Origin: Octopus vulgaris
Lineage: Eukaryota
Assembly (NCBI GenBank): GCA_951406725.2
Contig: OX597830.1
Location: 56,792,001-56,856,000 of the forward strand
DNA: 64,000 nucleotides
Direction of reading: 5' to 3'
Shown piece by piece: positions 1-13,318 of this stretch (position 1 is its first letter; every line of letters begins with the position of its first letter). The translations under genes and the position numbers were made by a program. The notes beneath the pieces were generated by a model. It ran no database searches, was not told the DNA's origin, and worked only from the letters and a program-made list of their open reading frames with translations.

Positions 1-1114
1 GCTGCCTTGAGAGGTAAGACTGAACCATCTTATGCTCCCACTCAAGTAAGTAGCTTGCATAATCAGAGCGATATTCACGTGCTGTGGAAGAAAGTTATAG
101 CAGCAATTAATTATTGAAATAAAAAGTTATTCTAGATAAGTTGTAGTGGTTACAGAGTGTCAAGATAAACACACAAGGTTGTAATGTTTAAGGAGTGTAG
201 TTGCAACTCATAATGTTCTACAAGAGATTATGGAGTGTAGCAGTGAAGGAAAGATAAAACTGCAGTGGCTGTAGAGTACACTGGTAATGGTTATATAAAG
301 CTCTAGTGATGATAAAGTATAATGATAACATGGAGATGAAATTGTAGTAGCTTTGAAAGGTAGTGGCAATATGGAAATACTGCAGACGTAGTTATAAGGT
401 CTATGAGATAATGTTGGAGATGCTACAGAGTTAAATAGTAAATGCTGTTTGGTTAGATAATGTTGATGTAACAATCATTGTAGTAATGAAGTACAATGGA
501 GTACACTTATAAAAAGTTAGTGGTTATAGACTGCAGTGTACATCTAGAGAAAACGTTGCATTGGATTACATTATGTAAGTGCTGTTATGTGCATAATGTC
601 GAGGCTGTAGAGTTTAATAGTAACAGAAAGTTGCAGCAGCAATGGAGTGTAATCGTAACCTGTAGACAATGCAGTGGCCATATAATGTAGAGGTAATGCA
701 AATATATACATACAATTGCTGTGGAGTTAAAACATAGATAAGGTTGTGGTAACTAGGACATAGTTTTAAAAAGAGATTATGTCGTACTGGTTATTGAATG
801 CAGTGCTAAGATAAATTTGCATTTGCTATGAAGTGTAGTAATAATCCATTAAATACAAGAAACGGCTGGATTGATCTTGAAGACATGAAACCAGAAAAAT
901 GTTGTAGTGTGTTTATGAAGTATAGCAATGACATGGATTCTGTTGTGTCTGGGGAGAGTCATTTTCTTTTTGTGCCTTATAATGTAACACACTCAATGGT
1001 AAAATTTCCACTTATTTCTTATTTCTATTTTCCTAAAACTTTTGTTGCGTCTTGCAACTTTTTCAATAGTCTTGACTCTGTTTGTTATTTACACTGCGTT
1101 CCCTTTTGTTTGTT

Positions 1115-1345
1115 TGTGCATGCATGTACGAATGTATGTGTGTATGTATGTATGCATGTGTATGTATGTATATATGTGTGTGTGTGTGTGTGTGTGCATC
1201 TGTATGTATGTATCCTGTATATTCATGTGCTTGCATGTCCATGTTTGTGTATTTACTATGTATGTGTGTGTGAGCATGTGTTTGTATATGTATGCACCTC
1301 TGTCTCCTTGTGTGTGCATGTGTGTGTGTGTGTGTGTGTGTATGC
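1115..1345. repeat. Compound (GT)n/(GTAT)n microsatellite
   Basis: Directly visible. Confidence 0.9.
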
Positions 1346-1768
1346 ACTAACAGATTGGTAGTACATATATCATAATGTAGTTGCTAGAGGGTTTAGTTCT
1401 AACAAACAGGTAACAATGTAGTGGCTGTGGAATGAAGTTGCATATATAAGAGTTTATGAAGCATAATGGTAACACAAAGAGTTATAGAGGCAATGCAGTG
1501 AATAAAGTGTGGTGGTTATGAAGATAATTAGGCTGTTGTGGCTATGGATTATAGCAGTAATAACTGGGTAAAGTTTTAGAGGATCCTTTGTTATGGCATA
1601 TACCCCTGCTGTTAGTGACTAACAAACAGATTTCTTGCAGACACCTCAGTTATGTAGTATAGTGATGCAAAATATCTCTAACAGTAAAAACTGTATCCAA
1701 TAATAGGCAGAAGTACAAATTTGGAAAATCACAAATAATAGAAATAAAACAAAGAAAAAGATATTTAC

Positions 1769-1959
1769 AAAATACGTATTTTATTCCAGGCCCCTGATCT
1801 TTTGTCTTTTGATACAGATAACGACAAAATTGGTAGATGTTACTGAGTATTACAAATGGAGGAGGCAAAAGAGGGCGGATAGAAAACTCATTGATAATGT
1901 AATATCTTTGGAAGAACCAGTGGAGATTACTTTTTTTCTGAACTTTTTCATAAGTAGAA
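1769..1959 (-). CDS. TRPM: TRPM-family channel exon (TRP box and proline-rich motif)
   Basis: Encodes (S)STYEKVQKKSNLHWFFQRYYIINEFSIRPLLPPPFVILSNIYQFCRYLYQK...KYVF. Polypyrimidine tract and AG at 1960-1961; phase-2 start matches the previous exon. The GTAAAT donor is the less certain end. Confidence 0.88.
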
Positions 1960-2099
1960 CTGAAAAGGGAAAACAGAAAATATTATGGAGTACAACTAAT
2001 TTTCATATTGAGATTTCAATAAAGTCAGATCAATTTTATTATCACTCAACTACAAATGAATTAACTTTATTTCTATATTTTAATTCTATATTTATATCA

Positions 2100-2330
2100 C
2101 ATCAATCATCATCATCATCATCATCGTTTAACGTCTGCTTTCCATGCTAACATGGGTTGGACGATTTGACTGAGGTCTGGCAAACAAGATGGCTGCACCA
2201 GGCTCCAATCTGATCTGGCAGAGTTTCAACAGCTGGATGCCCTTCCTAACGCCAACCACTCTGAGAGTGTAGTGGGTGCTTTTACATGCCACCAGCACGA
2301 TGGCCAGTCAGGCGGTACTGGCAACAGTAC
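2100..2330 (-). mobile_element. RTE LINE 3' UTR fragment with (GAT)n tail
   Basis: Matches the 3' end of the RTE at 20725-21120 (ccatgctggcatgggttggacg followed by an atc run). Related copies lie at about 7680-8060, 14580-14720, 15740-15990 and 22725-22778. Confidence 0.65.
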
Positions 2331-3000
2331 TGGCAATCAATATTTCTGTAAATTTTCAGGGCCTTTGCCAATCAAGGCTGAACAGGCATTTTTATATGTT
2401 TGACCAGACCCAGTCAAGCATTTTTGTAGGAGATGAGCAGTTACCCATACATGTGTATTTTACCCATACATCCATGCTGCTGATGTTTATCAGAAGAAAA
2501 GCCTGACAACTTGCGCCAACAGAGTTTTGATATCTGTGTTATTTTAGGCTTTGCAGGGAGAACAGAAATCTAGAATAAATACTGCAGGGCATTTTGCCTG
2601 ATTCTCTACAGTTACACTTCCCTGGATAAGCACTGGATAAATCATTGTAATGGTGAAAGGTAATGTTGTCTTTTGTGGGATTTGAAAAGTCAAAGCACCA
2701 CAAGGCGTTCGGCCCAGCCTTTTACAAGAAATATAAAAAAAAGAGGTTTATTCTTATTTACACAGTTATTTCCACATAGAGTGTCATTAGAGGTCCTTGA
2801 GCTGGCTACTTTGAGTCAGTATCAAGATTTAGAAAAAGCAAATATATATCATTAAAGAGAACAAATTTTCAGATAGAGTTGAAGTCAATGTACTTGTTGA
2901 AAAGAGAGCTGAATTCTCTGGTAGGTTTATGTGTTAGGAGAGATTTATCAAGGATGGGCAGTGTGAGAAAGAGGGACAGAGACAGTAAAAGAAATATCCC

Positions 3001-4170
3001 TATTATTATTATTGCCTTTGCACAGCTTCTAATGCTGGATATGTACTACAGTGTCAGTTGTACACTACCAGTGAACTAAGGTAACACCCCTTATTTTTCA
3101 AGCACCTTCTGGAGTATTCGAGCAGTTCCAAGCAGTGCTGTTTTCTGCAAGTGCTCCACCCTTATTGCAGCCCCTATTTGTTCCACGTACTTCTTGAGAT
3201 TTTTGCACACTGTTCCCAGGGCTCCAACAATTATTGGGACTACTGCTGCCTTTTTCATCGACCACAACTGCTTAACTTCCCAAGCTAACTTGTCATATCT
3301 CTCAACATTTCATTCTTCCTTATCGCATACCTTGTCAGCTGGATATGCTATGTCTATGATCCAGCATAGTTTGTTTTCTTTCTCAATTAATACTATGTCT
3401 GGCTTCCTATTCTCAATCTCATGGTCATACTGAATCATAAAATCCCACAGGATCTTTGCATTTCTGTTTTTGACGATGCCTTCAGGTTTGTGGTCATATC
3501 AATTTTTTGCTTTGTCAAGTCCATACTTGTTGCAAAGTGTCCAATGGACAAGCCTGGCTATATTATTGTGGCATCTCTTATATTCCTTCTGGGCAAGTGG
3601 CGTACATTGGCTGGTAATATACCATACACTTTCACCGTTTTGTCCACAGATTCTGCACTTATCACTTTCTGCTGTGTTGTCTATTCTGTATTTTATGTAG
3701 TTTGTTCTTAGTGTTTGCTCTTGGGCAGCACAGATTAGAGCCTCTGTCTCTAGTTTTAAATCACTTTTACTCCTCCACAGCCATCTTTTTTCTCTGTCTG
3801 TCTTATTTTCACTATCCCTATGAAATTGACCATGCATTCTTATCTTTATCCACCTATTTTCAGTTTCATTCATTTTCAATTGCTTGTACTGTGCTTTATC
3901 TTTGCAATCTTTCATCCTACACAAGCCTGACCTTCTTACTTCTAGTAATAGCGGTTCTGTGGCATATTTTACATACCATGCTACGTTGTTTTCTCCTGCT
4001 CTAATACTGTGTTCGCATCCAATAAGTACTCTTCCCTCTCTTTTTCTTGGTACATATAGTCTATCTGTGTCACTTTTTGGGTGGAGTGGCCCATATCTAG
4101 TTAGCAACTTCCTTGTCTTTCAATCTAAGCTGTTTAGTTTGTCTACTGTCCATGCAATTACCCTGACTTT
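3001..4170 (-). mobile_element. R4/Dong-clade non-LTR retrotransposon, 3' fragment
   Basis: ORF 3499-4107 has RLYVPRKREGR, ETEALICAAQEQ, a CRICG zinc knuckle and a KRxHNN motif. A downstream KPDIV...IDI restriction-like endonuclease motif follows, and the element ends in (TAA)n. Confidence 0.85.
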
Positions 4171-4199
4171 CTATTTAAATAACAGTAATAATAATTTAT

Positions 4200-5690
4200 T
4201 CTTTTATTGGCCACAAAGGCTAATGTAAAGATACATAAAATTACATGATACAAACATAAACGACCACACAAGACGATACAATGGATTTTCGAATCAAATA
4301 AACATTATAAAAAAGCAATGAAAAATTGAAGTTGGGGGAGGCGCTTTAAGATCATCGTGGAAAACCCCACAAAACTCACAGGTGCCTGATCAACAGGGTA
4401 GAGCCCTTCTCCTATAATTTCCTTTTTTGTAGGTGTATGTTCAGAATTGGTACTTTCACACTGGCAATTCTTCCATTCACCCACCTTTCAATAAAATTGC
4501 TAGAAGACAACACTTCACTCTCCACTCTCTCTTTCCTCTTCAAGTGAAACTTGAAGAAGTTTGTGAGGGCTTGGCCAAAGAGGAAAGTGTCTGACTTTAG
4601 CCCTTTCAGACGAGTCCACCATAATACCTCTTTTGCTACAGCCACCAGACAAATAAAAACTTGTTGCCCCTCACAGCCAAAGGAGGGTGGTGGGGCAATC
4701 TTCACTATGGATTCAGCTGATAGCTGGAACTGTCCTGCATGTGAGAACAGGTGTTTGACATAAACCCACAGGTCAGCAATACTCGAACACTGGACAATGG
4801 CATGCAGAACAGTTTTATCACTCTGGGTGCACCTTGGGCAGGCCCGGCTGGTGGCACTTCCATGTCTGTAAAATTTATCCTGGACAGGCAGTGCCCCTCG
4901 GTAATACTGCCAGGCAAGAGATTTCTGGAAGTTATTCATAGGCTCAGGCCCAAAAGTTCTTCAAAACAGACTGGCTAGTTGATCCTTATCGACACCTAGA
5001 GTTTCTCCGAGAATGTTGTCACACTTTCACTCCACTAACCCTCTAAAGAATGCTAGAGTGGAACTACCACCAACCACATTGCCCACTAGGTTGAGAGCTG
5101 TGAGTGCTTGATGGCACTCAACATGCCAACCACCCCTCCTTGGTCTACGCCTAATCCAGGTTTGCAGCTCTATCAAAGAGATGAGCTAGGGAAAAGTGAG
5201 TCTTACAAACGGCAACCATATCTGTTCACTATCAAGGAAATGCTGGAGATGTCATAACCTGAGTACATCAGCAACCACGGTATGCCCAGCCCTCCATTCA
5301 GTGGTTGTTGACAGCAGATGGAACGCCTGACCAGTGGAACACCTGACCAGTGGAACATCTGACCAGTGGAAGGTGCTCCTTCCACAGAAAGTGGAAGAGT
5401 AAGCGTGCCAGCTTTGCCAACCAGCAAACAGGGCAAGGGACGATGGTCAAGTGGTAATGGGTGATGGATGCAAAGTATGCATTTGCCATCATCACGCGAC
5501 CTTTCAGGGACAGCTTCATCTAGGCCCATTTCTGGGTGAGACTGGCTACCCTGCTTGTCACCTTGTCCCAGTTTTTCTTCACCTGGAGGTCTGGACCAAA
5601 CTAGACTCTGAGCAATTTAACAGGACTGCCTGTCCATCACCCCACGATGCTGTTGGACAGCATGAACTTGCCTCTCCAGGTGCTGAGGAG
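4200..5690 (-). mobile_element. L1/Tx1-like LINE, degenerate 3' portion
   Basis: KLSLKGRVMMAN (post-RT region) and CPRCTQSDKTVLHAIVQC C-terminal zinc knuckle; multiple stops and frameshifts. Confidence 0.75.
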
Positions 5691-5714
5691 GACCCATTGT
5701 AGCAAAAGAGGTAG

Positions 5715-6025
5715 TATGGTGGACACGTTTGAAAGGGCTTAAGATAGCCACTTTCCTCTTAGGCCAAGCCCTCATCAACTTTTTCAAGTTTCACTTGAAA
5801 AAAAAGTTGAGGGTGAAGAGGGAAGTGTTGTCTTCTAGCAAGTTTGCTGAAAGGTGGGTGAATGTTGAAAGAATGGCCAGTGTGAAAGGACCAATTGTGA
5901 GCGTGGACCTGTAAAAAAAGGGAATTAAATGAGAAGGGCTCTTTCCCTGTTGATCAGTCAGCTGTGGGTTTTGTGGGGTTTTCCACGATGACTTTAAAGC
6001 GCCTGCCCTATTGGGAGTTTTAATT
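5715..6025 (+). mobile_element. Inverted 3' end of the same Tx1-like family
   Basis: KGLKIATFLLGQALINFFKFHLKKK...ERWVN matches the C-terminus of ORF 4412-4939 on the opposite strand. Confidence 0.75.
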
Positions 6026-6040
6026 TCTTCTTCTTCTTTC

Positions 6041-6438
6041 TTCTTTTACTTGTTTCAGTCATTTGACTGCGGCCATGCTGGAGCACCGCCTTTAGTCGAG
6101 CAAATCGACCCCAGGACTTATTCTTTGTAAGCCCAGTACTTATTCTATCGGTCTCTTTTTGCTGAACCACTAAGTGACGGGGACATAAACACACCAGCAT
6201 CGGTTGTCAAGCAATGCTAGGGGGACAAACACAGACACACAAACACACATGCATACATATATATATACATATATATGACAGGCTTCTTTCAGTTTCCGTC
6301 TACCAAATCCACTCACAAGGCATTGGTCGGCCCGGGGCTATAGCAAAAGACACTTGCCCAAGATGCCACGCAGTGGGACTGAACCCGGAACCATGTGGTT
6401 GGTTAGCAAGCTACTTACCACACAGCCACTCCTGCGCC
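6041..6438 (-). mobile_element. tRNA-derived SINE with a LINE-type 3' tail
   Basis: A-box-like TGGCTGTGTGG, B-box-like GGTTCAGTCCC, an internal (AT)/(GT) tract and a 3' GGCGGTGCTCCAGCATGGCCGCAGTCAAATGACTGAAACAAGTAAAAG. Near-identical to 14853-15280. Confidence 0.88.
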
Positions 6439-8636
6439 TATTTGTTTAATTTACTTGTTATTTATTGTTTACATGCTGTAAAACCTATTGTATTCTCCTG
6501 CTTTTGTCTTTTTATGTGTTATCATGTCATTTAATGTTACTGTATTTGAGGCCTTGTGGCTAATAAAAGAACTGACTATTATTGTTGTTGTTGTTGTGCC
6601 TTGGTTGGGTGTGTTTTTGGAGCTCTCCATAAGTGGTTATTAATTGTTGTGTTTCTTGAATTTTGTTGAGTTGTTTTGTTTTCTGAACCCCTTTTGAGGT
6701 TGGGAAGGAAGACTGGCACATGGTCCTCCAAAGAAAAAGAAAACGCAAAACGAAAGAGGGTAGGCACACACAGGCAGAACAATTCAACAGCAGCAAAACA
6801 CAGACACAACCACCAGCAACCTACACCAGCACTATTTTCACCAACACTACCACCCCAAACACACACATTAACACAAATTGTAACATCAAAAGACCCCACA
6901 AGCACCATGAAGCTTTCTTTGCTTTCTTTGCTGAATGTTTCGTTTTTTGTACACATCTGCATTGTATTTTTCATTTGTTCTGTCATAGTTCAGATTCTGT
7001 GTATCATACATTTTGTTCTCTACAAGAACAGACATTTCTTTCTGCATATTTCATCTGTGTTTGTACACATGCATTGTTCAAACAACTGTTTTACCATGTT
7101 TCATTTTTCTGTGCCTTTCCATTGCACACGTACATTTCGCCCACCTTCCTTTTGTTCAACCGTTCGCGGTCTAAGGAAGGGGCGCAGGCACAGTTATCTC
7201 CCCTGACAGAAGTTGTCTAAATAGCTCGCCACTAAGTGGCATAGCATGTAACTTTGAAGTTCCAGGGACTTGGTTCTTCCTCTTTGTCACCGGAATCAGT
7301 AGTGTGCAAGGACGTAAACTCCTTAGGTCTTGCATGAGGTACACAACAACTAATAGTCTTTGAGTAGCTATGACATATGATACACAGAAGTTGAACATGG
7401 CCTTTCGCTTGTAAATACCTTTTGTGATTTATTCAACTTGTATACATTTTGTGACACCAGGAGTAAAAGCATTTAAAAGCTACAGTTTGGTTCTGAGAAT
7501 TCATTGTATCAGTATCCAGTACCTATGAATGTAGTTAGAGGTGGAGAGAAAGAGAGAGAGAGAGAGAGAGAGGGGGAGAGAGAGAGAACAGAACATTAAC
7601 AGAACATTAACTGGTGAATATTTTAAAAACATTTTCTTATGGTAATGTTCTGGATTTTCTTACAACAATTAGAAATGTCGTCATCGTCATCATCTTTTGA
7701 TGTCCATTTCCCATGCTGACATTGATGACAATTTGATTGGATTTTCTTACAACAATAAGAAATGTCGTCATCGTCATCATCTTTTCATGTTCATTTCCCA
7801 TGCTGACATTGATGGACAATTTGATAGGAGTTGGCAAACCAGAGAGCTACACCAGATTTCAGTTGTCTATTCTGGAATGGTTTCTATGGCTGGATGCCCT
7901 TCCTAATGACAACCAATCTACAGAGCATACTTGGTGCTACTTATGAGGTACCAGCAAGGGTGCATTATATGTGGCAACAGCATGGGTGGTTTATACATGG
8001 AACTGGCACAAGTGCTTTATGTGTGGCATTGCCACAGGTTCATTTTATGTGGTACCAGCACCTGCAAGTTTGCTAGACAAGGACTTCTCAGCTGAGAGAG
8101 TGTGAATGGAACCAAAGGAATAGAGTATGATGGGACATCTTAGATCAAAAGTAGCCCACTTACTATCAAGGAGATACTTGGCAACCTTGGTAGGACAAGG
8201 AAAGAGTTAGGGAGAGAGAAAGAGATAGAGAGACAGTCAAAGTGATAGAGAGAGGGCCTGACCACAGGGAACAGTGAGGGTAGTATAAGTAGCATAGAGG
8301 GGAAAGATGGGGATGTTCCTTAAGAGTGTGAGGGGAGATGTTTTGAGATAACAAAAAATAGCAAGAGCTGTTAAGAGGAATTGGAGAAGTTGGGAGGTGG
8401 GTATAGTAAATATGTGAAGGCATGCAGTGTGTGTGGATAGGTACGTGAGGGAGAATGGAAGAGAGTTCAGCAGTGGATGGTGGGTGTGTGAAGAATATGG
8501 GTTAAAAGTTTTATCTTATGTTTCCATTTTGATTACATTTCAATTATTTAACAATGAAATCCATTAACGTATGTTACCTCATACTAAGTCTTAATTAGCA
8601 CACACACTCATACACATGTAAAATAAAAGTTCTTAC

Positions 8637-8769
8637 CTAAACATGGCAATTAATAGATTGAGAAGTAAAATATTTGTTAGTAAAACATATATACACATCA
8701 AAATTATTGCGCTATAAGTAGTGATTTCAGTGGGACATGTGCTGTTGTTTTCCTTACAATTGGGATTTC
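8637..8769 (-). CDS. TRPM: TRPM-family channel exon (outer pore loop and S6)
   Basis: Not in the ORF track. Manual translation gives GNPNCKENNSTCPTEITTYSAIILMCIYVLLTNILLLNLLIAMF(S). AG at 8770-8771, GTAAGA donor; phase 1-2. Confidence 0.93.
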
Positions 8770-9029
8770 CTGAAACAAAGCAAATGAAAAGACATTAGAT
8801 ATCTTAACAATTATAATAATACTGTAATAGCATCTTAAACTTTTACTTAAGAACTCTTCCTCTAAGTAAGGTGTTGGCAACATGATCTTTGTGAGTTATT
8901 ATCAAACAGTAATAAAATTAGAGCCTGGTACTCTTGCATGAATTCTCTATTGTAGAAAATTATTATAACTTAGGTAGCAGTGAAACACTGGAGTTGATGT
9001 AATCAACAATCCCTTCCCCCAAATTTTAT

Positions 9030-11335
9030 TATTATTATTTAATCGTTCCATATTTCATAGATTGAGGTAAATTTCTATTGCATCACCTGCTTCTCCTCCT
9101 TGTTGCAGGACTGTATAGTAGTGTGTGTTCTTTTCTGCTGTTGGGGGTGTGCAAGCTCTTTCCGGTACTTTATTTTGTTAGTTTTTCTTTTCTTTAAAGC
9201 GTGGTGCTGTCTTTTGTCATGTTACTGCTTGTATTGTGTGTTGAGTGTGGAATGGTTTGGTACCTTAACTTGCTGGTGGGGGTTTATTTCACTGGATAAA
9301 TGCTGTATAGAGTGTATCTAGCATTTGTGGGTTGTTTTGTTTAGATTGTATTACTAGATTGATAGTGTCTTGCATCGGATGTGGACTGTTCCCAGCAAGG
9401 CTATTTTTTCGACAGTGTGTAATGTTGAGGATCTAAGTATAGCTTCTAAGTTTTTGTTCATATCTTCTTTTATCATGCCCAATATTCTATCATTGGTATA
9501 CACCACATTTTGAATACATCAATTTCGTGGTCTTTGTACTTTGACAACTTTTCCACTTCATTTTTGACAATATTTTGATCAGAAGGGACCACAATGTCTA
9601 TCAGTAAGCAGATGTTTTTTTCCCAATCCTTGACTATTATGTCTGGGAGATTCAGTTTTATTTTTTTTGTTAGTTTGAACCAGCATATCCCAGATGATTG
9701 TGGCCTTGCTTGGCACATGTTAATACCACCTGTAGTCAGTTTTGATGTTGTAATGTTGGCATATTGTCCAGTGGATATAACTGGTTACTCTGTTGTGTCT
9801 ATATATATATTCATACTTGGCAAGGACTGAGCATCACAAAATGATGTCAACTTTCTCATTGTGCTGGTTGCACATTCTGCATTTGGTGTTGAAGCCTTTT
9901 TTCATTATTTTGTTTTGATAATTGTAGTCAGGTATTGATCTTGTGCAGCAAGAATCAGTCCTTCTGTTTCAGTTTTCAAGTCCAGAGCTTTTGAGCCATT
10001 GTTGGCCTTTACTTCGGTCCACTTATCTCTGTCATGAAGTGATTTTTCTCTCCATTTTTTCTTGAGTATCTTTCGTAATTCAGTTTTCATGTTGTTTTTT
10101 GTCCCTTTGACCATTTCTGCTATGTTGTCACCTGAGGTCACTGTGTCAGATTAGTTTGTTTCTGTTTTGTATTTTGTTGCCTCCTTGTTTATAGAGAAAG
10201 GCATTTTCTTTTTCTCGTGTTGCTTTACTACATGCAGTAGTCTTCCATTATCTGCAATCTAACTGTTGTTATTTTATAGTTATTCCCTATCTGTATAAGA
10301 CCATGGTCTCCTTCTGAATGGGGTAGATTTATCCTTTCTGCATCTGCTTTGGGGTTGTGACTGGTATGTTGTTAGTAGTTTTCTGGTTTTTCTATTTAGG
10401 TTTCTCAATTCACTAGCCTTCCAGCTTATTATATCAAAACTGTAATTTACAACTGGTATGGCTAGCATGCTTATCCCCATTATCTTATTAAGTTCAATGT
10501 TTAATATTAGTCTAACTCTTCTGTAATATTCTCTCCAAATTTTCTCTTTCATTTCTGTGTTGTAATTTTGCCCTTTTGTCTATTCTTAGATATTTGTATG
10601 GGTGCTTGTAATCTGATTCTCTAGTTTCTGTTTCTATGTTAAGTGCAGTGTTTTCAGTACTGAATAATTTGCTTTTTCTCAGTGTGATTTTGGCACATTT
10701 GTCCAGCCCAATCTCATTCCGATGTCATTGCTGAAACTCTGAACAATTTTGACAAGGTTTCTCTGTTCCATGGTGCTTTTAGCAAAATGTTTTAGGTCAT
10801 CCGTGTACAGGAGATGGCTTATTTTTTGTCCATAGCACCTATAACCCATGGTGGTTTTGTTTTACAAGTTTGTTAGTGGGTCAGAGAAAGACAGAAAAGC
10901 AGGAGTGACTGTAAATCTCCCTGGGAAATCTCTCTTCTTATGGGTACAGGGTAGGTTTTAATAACTTGTGAGTCATTTTTTAATGTTATACTGGTTTTCA
11001 AGTTTGCCATTGCATGTTTAATATATTTTAGTAGTGGTAGTGTAGTACCATATTTGTGTGGATGGATTCCAGTATCTATGAGTGTGGAACACTGTGGAAT
11101 GCTTTCTGGTAATCAATTCAAGTCATGTTCATGTTTGTCTTTTTCTTCTTACAGTTCTCTATTATGGCTTGGTTTACTAGAAGTTGCTCTTTACAAACAT
11201 ACATCCCTCTCTGGCACCCTTTTTGCACTTCTGCTAAAACATTGTCATTTTCCAGGTACTTTATAAGCTGGTTATAGATGACTGATGTTAGGGTTTTGTG
11301 GGATGTTGATAGGCATGTTATTGATCTGTAATTAT
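9030..11335 (-). mobile_element. Degenerate R4/Dong-clade element (RT and restriction-like endonuclease)
   Basis: NYRSITCL, QKGC, SQGD and ISHLLYTDDLK RT motifs; ETEGLILAAQDQ; PDIIVKD...LIDIVVP endonuclease motif. Both ends lie in (TAA)n. Confidence 0.82.
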
Positions 11336-11338
11336 TAT

Positions 11339-11546
11339 GGCAAGCTGGCAGAATCATTACCATGCTGAGCAAAGTGCTTTGTGGAATTTTGTTCATGATC
11401 TGGGTTCAGATTCCACTGAGGTCAACTTTGCCTTTTATCCCTTTGGGATCGATATATTAAGTACCAGTGAAACACTGGGGTCAATGTAATCAACTAGTTC
11501 TCTTCCCCCCAAAGTCCAGGCCTTGTTCTTATAATAGAAAGGATTA
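11339..11546 (+). mobile_element. SINE family 2, copy 1, (ATT)n tail
   Basis: About 205 bp, present three times. Central ctttgcctt(t)catcc...gataaa...agtaccag block; ends gaaaggattat. Confidence 0.75.
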
Positions 11547-11571
11547 TCGTTATTATCATTACTATTACTAT

Positions 11572-11775
11572 GGTAAGCAGGCAGAATCATCATGTTGGAC
11601 AAAATGATTTGCAGTATTTTGTTCATGCTCTGGATTAAAATTCTTCTGAGGTCAACTTTGCCTTTCATCCTTCCAGGGTTGATTAATTAGGTACTAGTTG
11701 AGTACTAGAGTCGATGTGATCAACTGTCCCACCCACTAAAAAATCCAGGCCTTTTGCCTATAATAGAAAGGATTA
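11572..11775 (+). mobile_element. SINE family 2, copy 2
   Basis: Aligns by eye with 11339-11546. Confidence 0.75.
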
Positions 11776-12332
11776 TTATTATTATTAAGTGAGAGAGCAG
11801 TGCATGCCATCAAAGTGATACTGGGGTAAAATATATGAAGCCCAGTATATCCATCATGACTCCCCGTCTGATAAGGGTACACCAGGCACATGCATCACAA
11901 TCATATGCACGCAACATGGTTATCTTATATTAAATTAAGCAGAGCATGACCTTGCAGGTGGGGCCTAGGTAGAATATTCTTCCAGTCAAGTAGCCCATCC
12001 TGCTTAGAAGGTCCTTGAATAAGGGTTGTTCAAGGATGTTGAATGAAACACCTGTGTTTCCAGAGGTGAATTATCCAAACCCCAAAGAATTCCTCTCAGC
12101 ACATGGCTATGATGCTGCCCCACTACTTCTGCTGATGATCAAAGATGCACAATATTGCCAGCAACTAAGGGACATACTCAACTGGTTATGGTCAAACAAC
12201 TGACAAGCACGTCTGTTGTATTGAGCAGATTATTTGCTGTAGGCCATCTTTTATATCAAGACAAAACAATGTACATGATAACACTTCCAATCAGTCAAGA
12301 TCAGAAGTGATATTATTGTTATTGTTATTAAA

Positions 12333-12544
12333 GTGGTATGCTGGCAGAATCATTAGCACGCTGAACAAAATGCATCATGGTATTTTGTCCATCGCTATGT
12401 TCTGACTTTAAATGCCGTTGAGGTTGACTTTGCCTTTCATCCTTTCAGGATTGATAAATTGGGTATCAGTGAGACATTGGGGGTCAATGTAATTGTCTAA
12501 CCCCCTCCTCTCAAATTTCAAGCCTTGTGCCAATAAAAGAAAGG

Positions 12545-12590
<46 letters not shown>

Positions 12591-12600
12591 TCATTATTAT
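12333..12600 (+). mobile_element. SINE family 2, copy 3, with long (ATT)n tail
   Basis: Aligns by eye with 11339-11546. Confidence 0.75.
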
Positions 12601-13143
12601 TGAATATTTCTATGATTATTGTTATCATCATCATCGATGATGATGATGATAATGATTATTATGATAACTTATTAAATATAGAGTCAAAAGTTTCAAATGA
12701 CATATTCCTTTTCATTTTCTTGTATCAACTGCAATTAGGTAACAGAACAAAACATTTCTTCTTGAATGGAGCATGTAAAAGGCATTACAATTGGATGTTA
12801 TTGGTCATGTTATCCAAAATATTGTCAAAAATAGAAAATATAAAAATTTATTTTCTCAAAGCACATGGGCGGATTTTGTCTAGATTGAATCAAATCCTAA
12901 ATAGTACAAGAACTTAATGTATTGATAATAGATGGATAAAAGCAAAGTTGAATCAGACATGATTTCATCTGAGAATTTAGAGGGTAAAAATATATTCTTT
13001 AAAACTATATTTACAATTTCTGCTAATACATTCCACGAAATTAGAAAATTACTTTTCCTAATGAAACTCAAGAATATGTTTGTAAGCCATTGTTTCTGCC
13101 AATTCCCCAAACAGAAATTGAAAAATATATCAAATTTGTTTAC

Positions 13144-13318
13144 CGTCATATTCTTCAAGAAAAAATTCTGCATATATAAGAAAATATGCTTTTCTAAATA
13201 CTTCTTTAAACAAGTCAAATGAAGCCGGTGTACTTGGATTGAGAATTGATTGGGTAGCAATGCCAAAGGCAGTCATGAAAATAAACATAATCATGGCAAA
13301 ATATCCAAGGTCTCGCAT
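13144..13318 (-). CDS. TRPM: TRPM-family channel exon (S5 and pore helix/filter)
   Basis: Encodes MRDLGYFAMIMFIFMTAFGIATQSILNP...FRKAYFLIYAEFFLEEYD. AG at 13319-13320, GT at 13142-13143; phase 0-1, compatible with both neighbouring exons. Confidence 0.92.

Noticed and set aside
1-1560. Degenerate tgtagtggttatagag-like periodicity
   Set aside because: Too decayed to define a unit; probably an old simple repeat.
6365-6438. tRNA gene
   Set aside because: A and B boxes are present, but this is the head of a repeated SINE with no full cloverleaf.
6560-7430. Overlapping 130-176 aa ORFs
   Set aside because: Low-complexity composition and no recognisable domain.
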